The notes: generated from the sequence alone by a model not told the origin. A DNA stretch of 56,921 bases, filler included, from Porpidia crustulata (GCA_964255105.1; 3 parts of 3 records of this genome joined end to end with filler, not necessarily neighbours in it), one strand, 5' to 3'. Counted from the whole stretch's first letter, positions 13,623 to 28,973 are shown. Translations and numbers: made by a program.

Positions 13623-15066
13623 AGCAGGATCAATGAAACAGTGATTCTTGGTGCTGTCTTTACCATAGATAGCCAAGTAGCTTAAATAATTCAGTGCCAT
13701 GATCTCATGGTCAACCTTGGCTGATACTCTGTACCAAACGTGAAATGTGACACTAATAGTTTCAATCATCTTTATGGTGAAGCATCGATATCTTGAGAGA
13801 TAATCTAGTTAGCCGTTGGCCAAACCAGGAAGAAATCTCATCTTGGATTTCCATGGTGGCCTTGTCGGCCTTCTCCCATAGCTGTAGGAGGTTTGAAAGA
13901 CTGTCAAGTACCCAGAATCAAGAAAGACGTGTGTCGTTTGTGAGGGGGATACAGTTTGAAGATCGAGAGGGAAAAGTAAAGCTTGAGACAAAGACGGTCT
14001 ACGCCACCATCCATTACGTGAAGTTGACAGGTTGTGGACAGGCGGAGGACTCTCCGTAAGTACTAGAGGGTAAGTAGGCAGCCTATTCTTTCCTCACGAT
14101 CTGCACCTGAATTGCCAATGTAATTCAATATTTCACGCTGTGGGATGTAGTCCAAAGACGATATGATAGGCTACCTCCTCCGCTGCCTCCTCATCGATCT
14201 TGCCACAAAAAATCATTGCAAGACCTCGCTATCTATCTCGTCGATAAGATCCTCGATATCTCGGTCTCCCTATCCGTGCTTACCGCCAAAATTTTATTCC
14301 GATCCAGCTCGAACCTCAAAACTCTCTTCATCCGCATTACTCTTGCCAACGTCTGGGATATATATACGCCACGGCTGCCGCTGTCACTGGGAATCAGAAA
14401 AGATGTCTAGAACAATACAAGTGATCTTGACATGCGGTCTAGTAGTGTGTTGCTATTCTCCTACCTTTTGCCCTCATCATTAATTGATTTCATACCATTG
14501 AGCTAATATGTTCTACATATACACACGTAAATTTAGCGGAGATCGAGAACGTGACTTGCTCTAGTGGTGATGATGTTTGGAGCAAGGTGTTCATGATTAT
14601 AATACTGCTTTACTGTTTACTCGTTATCGGAGATATGCTCCGTTGCTGTCCATTTGCTAAGGAACGTCGGATGGAGGAAAGATGATTTGGGTGCTCTGTC
14701 GAATATCCTTGGGAGAAAAGATAGAGTAGGTAAAGCGGTTATCGTATTTACCTGTGTGCTTGAGGGAGGCAACACCAAAGGCGCAGATACTAAAGAGGGT
14801 GATCACGTCTATAGTGAGTTAGCTTACTCTATCGGTCCATTTCTCGTAAAGAAAATAGTTTATAAGAAGTTGAAGAAGTATGGGTAACGGAGGCTACGAA
14901 TGGATTTTTCCAATCTAGGAGTGGCTATCGAGAACACTGATGCGTATTGCCCTTCGTGCTCATCGAACTTGATCAACGGGCGTGAGTCCGAGCACCTTCC
15001 TTTAAATGGTTATGGTTTCTTTGTAGAAGAAACAGAGTCGAGCAAATTCTGGTGGACTAAAATGCC

Positions 15067-16624
15067 CTAAACAGTGTCATGCCCTTCCCAACTAGCCTCG
15101 ATAAACGACAGTTGAGAACCAGGTGGGGTTTGAACCCCAAGAAATTGAAATCTCTCGTCTGCTTCCCGAAACAACTCGGCCCAATCGTCGCGTCCGCGTT
15201 CTTTCGAGTTCAGCATGGCCATCATGCCCAAGTCAGATGTTCTATAAATATTGGTCAGTGCATCTAACACGGGTCGTAGTCGCAAATGCTTGCAGAGAAT
15301 AGGAAACTGACCGCGTTTTCTTTTCCAGAGTGAACGGGAGAACGTTGGGCTCGGGTAAGCATATATCGCTAATTAAGATTCGTGCACCATGTTTGAGCGC
15401 CGGTATCAGGCATTTAAGTATTTTGATTGAGTACTTGTCGGACCAATTGTGGAAGATTCGGCAGAAAAGGTAGACATCTGCCCCTTTAGCTACCCTGTGT
15501 GGCTCAGTGAAGAAGTCATGCGCTGCAAATATGACGCGAGATTTGAGATCGGAACGAATCTTGGCTGGGCCGTCGGCCACAACTTCCGGGAGGTCCAGTA
15601 CGATACAATTAAGAGATGGAAATCTTTCGGCAATGGCTATGCCACGGGTTCCATGCGATCCTCCCACATCAACGACAGTTCCTTCGCCAATGGCACCCCA
15701 AGGATAGTGGTCAAGTAGAGACGATATTGCTGAGCCATTTCCAGATTCAAACGCAGTCATGGCGTCTGCGAAGCGTTTTGCGCGGGCGGGATCTGTTCCG
15801 AGCTCTGTAAAGAATGGAACACTGGTATTTTTCGCAAGAGCAAATCCCTACCATAGAATCGTTAGCCGCTAAGATACCAACAATATAGATGGTTGAGCCC
15901 TACCGTGTGCTCTGGCTCCTGGGATCCAGGCCAACGTGCCAAAGCATCAACAGTCTGCCAAACAGATTAATGGATATTCTAGAGTTCGAAGTAGACTTGG
16001 CTGCCTCACTCGTGCTGCTGCAGGCCATGATTCTTCGCATATCATTCCGACCCATGCATGCAACATCGGGTTCTCCATTAGTAATTCAGAGGCTGCTGTA
16101 TGGGTCACTATGTCGTTGTGCTCTTTGAATATGTGATTGGTCATGGAATGACGCATTATCCGGCGTAGAGTTGATTCATCCAATCCGCATCTACTAGAAA
16201 TTTCCGCATAGGATGCTTCCCCAGAGAAAGATTGAGCAATTTTAAAACGATAGATTGCTTGGAGGCTGACAAGGTCCATGTACTAAAATGTTCAAGGGGT
16301 TAAATTCGCACTTGTTGTCATGGGCAGTTCTCACACCATTAAGGCACTATGTCGTAGCATCGCCACTGGCCCAAGCATCAAAGCCTGGAGCTCTGAAACT
16401 GCTTCAAGTACGACAGTCTGAGCTCCTTGGAGTTCTTCCGATGGTGGCAACATTGCGAGCGTTGAGGTATCGAATGAAGGTGCAGGGAGATTGTGTGACA
16501 CAAGACATTCCTCAAATTTCTTTGTGCTAGCCAAAATCGTCGAGGCCAAGTCCACGATTCTAGAAGACGCCATACTGCTGTTGCCGTTGACTAAAGTCTT
16601 TGGACCAGAGATTTCTGATAGCAT
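15067..16624 (-). CDS. SAM-dependent O-methyltransferase (Methyltransf_2, OmtA/AflP-like)
   Basis: Multi-exon gene. N-terminal LPAPSFD region and winged helix (LRRIMRHSMTNHIF), SAM motif VVDVGGSHG, AHDFF, RIFHNWSD, C-terminal DLGMMAMLNSKER. Start is either 16624 or 16573. Confidence 0.92.
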
Positions 16625-16800
16625 GATGAACAAAGTACAGCTTGAAGTAGACACAATAAAGAGAAAATTCTAATATCCTAGAAGATCAACCTACGCCTCA
16701 GGGTAGAGAGTGCCGCAACAAAACAACAATAGCAATAAATGACAGATTGATTCAGTATGGCTTGGACCTCTGAGGCCAAAAAAAATACTCCGAATCCATT

Positions 16801-16828
16801 GTGGATCGAGTTTTGTGGATCGAGTTTT
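16801..16828. repeat. Perfect 14-bp tandem duplication (gtggatcgagtttt x2) upstream of the O-methyltransferase
   Basis: Read directly from the sequence. Confidence 0.85.
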
Positions 16829-17057
16829 CGGGGCTATAATCCACCGAACTCAAGGTAAGTAAAACACCAAATCCAGACTTTTCGGCACCGGATTTCCATC
16901 CGACCTAAGCCGAACGTAGGTCCTATGAGTCGATCAAATTGATCAAGAGCGCATCAGGTTCGATGTATGGACAGCTAAGAAGTCGGGCTGGCGTCTCGCG
17001 ATTGTGCGGCAGAGAAGGAAGAATCTAAGGAAAGTCCGAAAGAAAGTTACATGCTTA

Positions 17058-17144
17058 TTCTTACCCCCCCAACGGACCACCATAACCCTAAATTAGTGAG
17101 TCCAGCCCTAACCCTAGCACGGCTGGTCCGTTGAGGGGTGAGGA
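17058..17144. repeat. Short inverted-repeat element (MITE-like) with internal CCCTAA hexamers
   Basis: Left arm ttcttacccccccaacggacca pairs imperfectly with right arm tggtccgttgaggggtgagga. The interior contains taaccctaa and ccctaacccta. Confidence 0.6.
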
Positions 17145-17962
17145 CTAGTAAACGTAGCCATATACCATTTTCATTTTGACATTATGACCACTCACATTTT
17201 ATACCCGCAAGGAAGTCAGTACAAAACATAATAGAGGCATATGAAAGCAGAGATTTGATAGCAGTGACAGCGATGTCCCCGCAACAATAGCTCGGTAGTT
17301 TGATTTGGACGCAAAGTCGCGAGATGGCAGATATCGTAAGTGTGAGCCCTCCTCAAGGCAGATGCTCGTCCTAAAAGTCTTTAAGAAGATCTCGATACGT
17401 ATACAAGCACCTTTTTACGCCAACAACTCTTCGGCGGCTTGATAGTGCTTTCGAAGATTCAAACCGTACCAATGAGGTATCACAACGATGACCAACCATG
17501 CCCCACATTTCCCACGCTGCAGCCTTGCCCATGAAATCCATTTCGGGGTGTGCTTTGTGGCCCAATAACATCTTTGTAGGTCTTTGCTCCGAACTGCCGA
17601 CCTTCTCCGCATGCTCAGAATTGGGGCAGTGGGACTTCGATGCTTGATCCTTTTACTCGGAAGAGAGAGTTTATCCTTGGCGTTACACTGCATCTTGAAA
17701 CGCAGGGAGTACTTCGGCTGTATAACAAAACTCAATCAGCAGCTGTTAATGTCTAATACCAGGTATATATGAATGGTTTCCTTTTTTGGGTGCTGCCTGA
17801 TTCGAGAACAAGCTTATATCCTTTGTCTTAACTCATCTGCTTCATTTATTACGAACAGCTTTACTTCCTCTTCATTTACTTTTACTACCTTCCATCACGC
17901 AATTTGATATCTAGGCTTTGAACCTGTCATTAGGATTATACTCTAAAAGATTTGTTTCTACT

Positions 17963-18914
17963 ATGTCTTCTACTACTGTAATAGAAACAATTACAAGTAC
18001 TCCCACTACCTATGGCAGGCTACGATATATTCCGGCTGGCTACACCCCTATGCCTATACAACAGCCTTTTGGATTGCCTGATATCTCCGAATATGGCGAT
18101 GCACGTGTTATGCCATTGCACGATATGCGCCCAATTCCAACCGTTGATGAACTTCCAAACGCCAAAGATGGGACTGCAAAACTCTTAACCCATGGGTTTA
18201 CAGCAGTGAAACATCCCTCTGTCTTGCATTCGGCCCCCTACACTTCCGCAAGTTGGAATGATCCGGAGCTTCTTCAAGAAATCTATGTTTCTGAAGTCGA
18301 AGAAATGTTGAAACGGATAACAGGCGCTAAAACAGTAATCACTGAGACTCTTCTCGAACGAGGTACCCCCAAGAGCGGACAAAACCCTAGCGCTGCCAGT
18401 ACTGGTCCTGATCAAAAAAATCCGACCAAGGAAACACAAGCTGAACCCCTGAAAAAACCTCAAACCCCGTTCTCACCCCCCCCCAAAAGGTCCACGTTAG
18501 CTAAGTTTGGCCTACCTCAAATCGTCGGGTTCTCCCCCGCATTCGGTGGTATACCACCCGCTCCTAAGGTCCACCTTGACTACGCTCCGGCTGGGGTTCG
18601 CGCCCACATCCGGCAATTCAATCCTGCGATGACTGCCGCATGTGCCCCCATCATCGACGCCGAAGATCACCTCCTTGCCGCCAACCTTCCCCTCGACGCT
18701 CACTACTCCACCTCCCCTGCTGCTCCCCGCTGGGCCATATACTCCGTTTGGCGGCCATTGAAACCGGTGAGACGCGATCCGTTGGCCATGTGCGACACTC
18801 GCACTTTTGCAAAAGAAGACTATGTTTTAATCGATGTACCTGCGCCAACCATGGACTCTGACGGGTCGGTGAAAGAAAAGCACATCATGAAGGCCTATGC
18901 GGGTAGAGGGAGTG
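17963..18914 (+). CDS. AsaB/CmcJ/GA4-desaturase-like oxidase (putative Fe(II)/2-oxoglutarate-dependent), 3' truncated by the assembly gap
   Basis: Family-typical segments LLTHGFTAVKH, YVSEVEEMLKRITGAKTV, PAPKVHLDY (HxD) and RWAIYSVWRPLKPVRRDPLAMCD. Confidence 0.8.
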
Positions 18915-19014
18915 NNNNNNNNNNNNNNNNNNNNNNNNNNNNNNNNNNNNNNNNNNNNTTAATTAATTAANNNNNNNNNNNNNNNNNNNNNNNNNNNNNN
19001 NNNNNNNNNNNNNN
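18915..19014. other. Artificial assembly linker (N run + TTAATTAATTAA + N run)
   Basis: 100 nt; the central 12-mer gives stop codons in all six frames. Confidence 0.97.
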
Positions 19015-20916
19015 GCGCTTCCGTTGGACTTCTCCGTTCTTGGGGAGTTTTGGGGAGGGTGGAAAATTCGCTTTTTTGGGAAGGCGACTTCGCTCTCTTC
19101 GCCGAGTCGATGAACCAATGTTTGATGGATGCCAGTTGATTGATGAAAGCGTGCTGATGCCGTCGTCTAGCCCGCACTGTCGAATGGCCGTTTGGAGGTG
19201 CTAAAAGATCTGGATTGGGATATACCAATTGGAGCGTGCTGCCACGTGATCTTCTCCTTTCTTTAGGAGGCGGAGCTGGTCGATGTCGGGAAGAGTTCCG
19301 GGAGCGGACTGGGTCCTTTTCTATAGGCGGAGGTGGAGTAGGTGATCCCGGTGATCGAAGAGTAGAACCTTCTGGCAGCCGAGGAAGCTCTGGCAGGATA
19401 AGTTGAGGGGTCGATAGACTACGCCTCTCACGTCTCCCTCTACTTCGTGATACATCAGCATTGGGTGAACCAAGTGCCTCTTCATCTACTTCTTTCAAGG
19501 GCGCAGCGATACGCTCGAGTCGACTGCTAGCTGCACTGATCCTTCGCATACTTTTGGTCTCAGCTTCTCGTTCCTTGCGTTTTCGCTCCCTTCTCTTTTC
19601 CTTTCGTTCTTCTTTTTCAATCAATAGAGCCCACCATCCAGCCAAAGCATCACATCGTTGAGCAAGCACATTTTCGATTACTCTATCTATGTCAACTCCA
19701 GCGCTGCGCATCCGGTCTAATGTATCCTTTTCCACACTCGTAGTGAACGGCAGTGGTTGAGTAAGCTTTAAAATCGCTTGCTGTTGAGGTGCATTTTCCG
19801 CCAGAAACGGACTGGTCAAAATGTCTGCTATTGTAGGACGATGAAGCGGCCTTTTCGATAGCAGTTTCGTGATCAACTCTTTCGCGTCTGGAGGTAGTGA
19901 GTCGGCGTATTTGGGCTCGCTACAGAGAATCTTATGTTTTGTCGTCATATCATCATCATCGTCGAACGGAAGCTCGCCGGTTAACAGCGCATACAGTATA
20001 ATACCCAAACTCCAAACATCGACCTTCTCCCCCGCGTACTTTTCGCCTCTGAGCATCTCCGGTGCACTGTAACATATTGTCCCGCAGAAAGTTTGAAGAT
20101 AGCTGGCTTTGCCCTCATACTCACGAGTAAAACCAAAATCGCAAAGTTTCACATTTTCCGATTTGTCTAGTAGTATATTTTCCAACTTTAGGTCTCTATG
20201 AACACAGGACTTGCCATGTACATAAGCCACAGCTCCGACAAGTTGCGTGAATATCTTTTGCGCCTTTTCCGGTGGTATTGGTCCATTGCGGAGAAGGTAG
20301 TTGTATAATTCATCACCTATAGCATTCAGCAGGGGTTCAGTATTTTAGATCAGTTGCTCAAGTACCAGGACAGTACTCCAAGACAAGCCAAACCAGATTT
20401 TCCGTTACGATTACTTCGTACAATCGAGCAATATGGGGATGCAGAAATTGCCTGTGATGATGAATCTCTCGTGCGAGGTTGGAATCGTCCTTCTTCGCGG
20501 ACTTGAGTACCACCTGCAGATGTGTTATTTTTTGCCGTTTTGTCGATTGATCTAAGACCTCTACCTTAGATCCATTGGTGAGCTTATGTGACGCAAGATA
20601 GACTTTGCCAAATGATCCCTTGCCTATGAGGCGGCCCAGTGTGTAATTTCCAACGGAGCGTAATTCTTTGGAAGAGAATTCTCTGTTCGGGCAAACAATG
20701 TCACTACCGATTCAGGGCATTCAGGATGAAAGGCTTACTCTAGAAGGTCATGATAGGAGTTGGCAAGCTGGAGTGAATTGCCATAAGTCAGCAAATGTTT
20801 ATCAAAGCCGTGCGGTCAGCATTGCGCTCTCCGAATGCGCTTGAGCAGTCATACAAACAGGCACTTACCTTGGCTTTCTGTTCTTGCAGCTCAGCCTTGG
20901 TTTTGACAGCCGGCAT
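19015..20916 (-). CDS. Ser/Thr protein kinase, CAMK/AMPK-related (Ppk16-like); C-terminus cut by the gap
   Basis: Short 5' exons give MPAVKTKAELQEQKAK-LANSYHDLLE-...NYTLGRLIGKGSFGKVYLA. Then HRDLKLEN, CDFG, FCGTICYSAPE, DVWSLG. Confidence 0.92.
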
Positions 20917-21438
20917 ATGTCGCAGTGCTGTCCGAGTGGGAGGCTATCCGCACTTGGTCCGTTGTGGAGGCCGGAGGAGAAGCGCGGAATTCAGATTGGT
21001 CCAAGTGGAAGACACGCTGCAAAATGGCGATGATACCGATGGCATTGGGGTTGATGGTCAGCAAAGATTGAGCTCGGGATCAGAAAATTTGGATTTTCAG
21101 CTCGCATTGCGGTCACACAGGCGGGAGATTCGAGTGGGATCAGCGTCTGTCGCCGCAAATAAAATCCCGGAGCCGCCGTGTTGCTGTCAAAGGCAGCGAG
21201 GCAATTTCTTGGATTTTTCCCCAGTCCGTAACGAATCAGAGCAAGTGCTCTCGATTACATACATGGGAAAATTGGTTATGAATCGCATACATTGTCTATG
21301 AAAGCCGATAGGATTATGGCTTCAATGGTTTTTTGTTACGCCAACATCCTTTCCTGCAAAAATCCTCTCAGATGCTATCATTAAAGGCATTTCACCATCA
21401 CTGAGGATCCAACTGATTTGCCATTCGAGCAATGCAGG

Positions 21439-22520
21439 CTATAATTTGATCTTTCCTTGACCTCCATCATTCCTATCCATGTTCCGCTCCGCGCCAAGCA
21501 CCAGTGCTACATGCTGCGATAATGCCACCACATCCCCACCCTCATCCATAACTACAACCTCGAGGTCCATCCTCCCATTCCTTATAAGTTTTGACCGCAC
21601 CCTTACAAACAACCACTCTGCACCTTGTGGAGGAAGTGCCTTTTTCACCTCAACGTTGAGCAAGAGGGTCGGATACCAGAAACGAGCCCATTGACTGCGA
21701 TCGAGCTTTGATTTGGGAGCTGGTTTTGCCAAGATCGATGGAGACTGCAGGCTTCCAGGACTAGCTGCTTGTTCCATTGCTTTCTCTAGCTCTTCAGGGC
21801 TGTATCTCTCTACTATCTGTGGGAACGAGTCCACGACATACCCAAGCGACTCATTGGTGAATCGCTCGCCCTCCTTCTCGAAACAAATCCATTCGTCCAC
21901 GAGCGCCTGCGCCACAGGCCTCCGGGGGAGATAGATTTTAGCATGCCGAGAGACTTTGCGGAAAGAGGCAAATGGTTTCGGATGCAGCAGGACCCAGTTC
22001 GGATCCGTGTTCGCTCGCAGGGCTGCGGTCGACTGGAGAGGAAAAGGCGGCGGTGAAAGTAATTGTGGTGTCTGGAGAGAAATTCCAGATTCAAGAGGCA
22101 GATTTGACTGGGTGAGATAGCCAACGACGCATGGGAGGTTATTCGGAGGTCCCGAGAAGAGCGTAACATGAATGGTTGAAGTGCGACGGCCAAGTTTCGA
22201 ATCCTGCACCACGATAGTTACTGGGCCAATCGAGGTACGTCGAAGGAAGGTCAGGTAGAGGGTTATGGTATGCGGCTGGTTCTGAGAGGACAGTGTTGTG
22301 CTGAAATGCAAGCTCGCGGTGGAGAGGATGCAGGAAGTCACGAAGCCGCCATGGGGAACTGTAGAGCTAGGTAAACACAATGAACCCAGCGATTGTGGAG
22401 GTTATAAGGTGTTTTACCACTGCCAATGGCCCACTCATCGGGGAGAACGGCAGAGTAGCTATGTGAATCTATAGCTTTTACAGCTGTGGCTCGGGCCAGC
22501 GTGCTCAGTGGCTCTGCCAT
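21439..22520 (-). CDS. Acyl-CoA thioesterase-like protein (double hot-dog fold)
   Basis: One intron (~22360-22417) joins DEWAIGS to VPHGGFV. Also FLRRTSIGP, WYPTLLLNVEVKK, NGRMDLEVVVMDEGGDVVALSQH. Confidence 0.85.
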
Positions 22521-22911
22521 TCAAGCAAATCAAGAAGAAGCGTGAGGCTACGCCCTTGCAAGAGAGTGTGTACGCGACAAGCAAACAATCTTGTTCCCAG
22601 CTGTTGAGATTCTCTCGCCATACTTTCTACTCTCTGTCGTTCGAACATGGAATATCTGTGACTACAAAATCGAACCTCGGCATGAGATTCGGGCAGTTCC
22701 GCGCTTAGTCAGTTGCCCACCTGAGGTGAGGCAGACAGATAGGGGTCTGTTGTTATATGACGGCTATCCATGTCGCTTTCTGACTGACTAATTCAATAAG
22801 TCAACGATTTAGACCGTGCAGTGAGTTCTACATAAATAATAAGGTGTATCGCTACTTCTATGAGGCTCTTTTTCTACCATTCAGTATCTATATCTGTTCA
22901 TGCCAAAGACT

Positions 22912-26196
<3,285 letters not shown>

Positions 26197-27093
26197 ATTA
26201 TTGTAAATGCGTTGTGTGCCTTTTATGGATAAATTCGCAGAAAGCTGATGGAAAACGAAGACAACTGGGAAGCGCCAGGACGTGGGAATATACGTACAGC
26301 TCCAGGCTTTAATGAAAGACTTGAGAAAATAGTTATGACGCACAGAAGTCCATTTTCCCGAAATTATAAAGACGTGTCCTGATCGGTTTTAATCAGATGT
26401 TGGCTTTCTCACAACCACGCTAGGCAAAGTCTACCGACTGGGGAACGGAATGTTCTTTTTAGAGCTGACACTCGAATCATATCTAGTTCACAAAACTTAC
26501 CGTATATGCGTATGTAACGAATTTGCACGAAGAACAATATCATTTGTGGATTTACAAATGTGCAGAAACTTCGGTTCACAGCGACAAAGTGATGAAACGC
26601 AAACTTTCGAGATGATCCCCACGTGCTCCCTCGCCGAATTCACGTCGTTGCGTCCATCGCTGTGATTTTCTGCTGTTGTCAAGAGTCACCGCTGAATTGG
26701 TCGTGAGAGTCAGAATGGGTAGAGACCGATCTTGCATTGCGTTACCTATGTCGAATACCTCTCGAGGAGAAAATAGGATTCTGGGCTTAGACAACGCTCC
26801 TACGAAAGAGACATCTCTGCAGTTCAGCCGATTGAGCTGATGACGAACACCGTCGACTTTCTAACACACGCGCAAAAGAGTACTAAATCCGGGAGACTAA
26901 GAAAACATATTCGCAGGGTGAATGAAAACATAGAACGTCGTGCTAAGACTCCTCGCTAAAGTCCATAGCTGACCTCTTCTCCCCTCCCCTGCCTCATGCG
27001 CTCACCATGACCCATACATCGCTGTGTATATAGCCAAAATGCTTGATTTTAGACATAACGACGATGTGGGTGCATGAACGCGCAAGCATTTTC

Positions 27094-28433
27094 TTAAGAT
27101 TCGGTAGCGGAAGGTGCAGCGGCAGGGGTCTCTGAAGCTGCAGGCGCCTCAGTCTTGGGCTCTGCGGTCTTCTCAGCCTCCTTTGACGTCTCCCCAGCGG
27201 GAGCAGCCTCGGCATCACCACCATCTGAGGATGTCCAGAGGGTAAGATTGTCGCGGAGTAGCTGCATAATCAGAGTGCTGTCACGGTAGGACTCCTCAGA
27301 AAGTGAATCGAGCTCGGCAATAGCATCATCAAAAGCCTGCTTGGCCAAGTGACATGCCCGGTCAGGGGAGTTCAAGATCTCGTAATAGAAAACCGAGAAA
27401 TTTAGTGCGAGTCCAAGGCGGATAGGGTGAGTGGGAGTCAGCTCCGTTTGCGCGACATCGGTAGCATTCTACTTATTGTCAGCTTTACGACGGCATCGCG
27501 TCTATACTAGGATATCTCACCTTATACGCCTCATGCGCAGCAGTAGCGGCAACCTTGCGCTTCTCGCCGGATGCAAATTCTGCGAGGTAACGGTGATAGT
27601 CACCCTTCCTAGATTGAGAAAAAAGTCAGCCTTGAAGCCTAGATTAACTAGCTCTCATGTAACGTTATGATAGCATACATCTTGTGATAGAAAACCTTTG
27701 ATTCCCCAGATTCAGCCTTAGGAATAAGAGATTCGTCCAGGACATCGAGCACATCTTGACACACACGTTCCAACTCGGTCTCAATCTTCTGACGGTAGTC
27801 GCGGATGGTACCGACATGCTTATCCGTACCCTTCGACTCCTCTTTCTGCTCGATAGACGAGATTATGCGCCAAGAAGCACGTCGAGTCCCAACTACGTTC
27901 TTGTACGCGACTGAAAGTAGGTTCCGTTCATCAACAGTGAGTTCACCACCAATCTATGGTTCATGTCATCAAACTATAAGGAAAGCATTGTTCGATAGAG
28001 TGCGAATGCATCAGACGGAAGTAGTACCTTGGCAACTTCCTGTGAAATGTCAGCATCAAACAGTCGGTTGCAGATCAGAGTTGCAGACCTTCATGTACGT
28101 CACCATCTCTAATGCCGCGGCGATTAGTGTTTGCTAAAAGCGTTCGAGAAGTCCCATGATGAACGGTGCTTACCATCGTAACGCTCGGCTTGCTCACACA
28201 GCCTCGCAAGGAAGGTCTTGCTATTCGGTCATTAGGATCACTCTCATTTCGCACATGTAGTAGCAGTGTCAGGATAGTACCTCTCGCGCTGTTGGATAAG
28301 GTCATTCAGTTAGCTATCAGTTATCATCCTCTTATCCAGCTGCAAATAGCCAAGCAAAATGTGATGCCAGGGTTTCAGGGTTTCAGAGACACGATGTTTG
28401 AGAGGCGCGTCAACGACTTACTTCGCTCGTCAT
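27094..28433 (-). CDS. 14-3-3 protein with a run of 5' micro-exons
   Basis: Spliced start [33 protein letters not shown], then [47 protein letters not shown] and [21 protein letters not shown]. Confidence 0.97.
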
Positions 28434-28890
28434 TTTGTATTGGTTGGCAATGCTTGTGGGATGCTGTTGTTCTTTTAATAGACGAGAAAGATGGATTCGC
28501 TGTGGTTGTTGTGGTTGACAGGTCGCAAATGGGTTCCAAGGAAGGTGTAGTTGATTGTCTGAGCCATCGGCGAAAAGTTTAGCGATCCCAATCTCAGAAG
28601 TCTGCCTAAAGCGGCAACAAATCAGCCACACGTGATGTGCTGCAACAACAATGCGACTTCGTCTTCTTAACATATAGGTAGTGAGGAGAATCTCAGGGAT
28701 TGCTGTTTCGATCACATGATCATTGTTGCAACTAAGGTCTAATCCGCTGACCAGCTTGCTCTAGAGTCCCTCGCTTTTAGGTCTCACAACCTGTCGTTTG
28801 TTTCGTGTCACATGTGAATCTTGACTTCATGCGGACTCTATTTAACGGTACCTACCTCAGTATTATTCCTGCTACTACAAGCCTTTGACA

Positions 28891-28973
28891 CACAGGGGGT
28901 GAAATGGGTCATTGCATCAATTTGATAGGGCATTCTCGCTCAAGTATAACAATGACCCATTTCATCTCCTGTG
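28891..28973. repeat. Intergenic hairpin / inverted repeat with 24-bp arms
   Basis: cacagggggtgaaatgggtcattg pairs with caatgacccatttcatctcctgtg; the two mismatches are both G-T. Confidence 0.85.

Noticed and set aside
13793..14483. Short ORFs between P450-2 and the OMT as an additional cluster gene
   Set aside because: No recognisable motif and no convincing spliced model.
21439..21450. C-terminal -IKL (and -NKL of the hemerythrin) as peroxisomal targeting signals
   Set aside because: Non-canonical PTS1 variants; cannot be supported without a predictor or localisation data.
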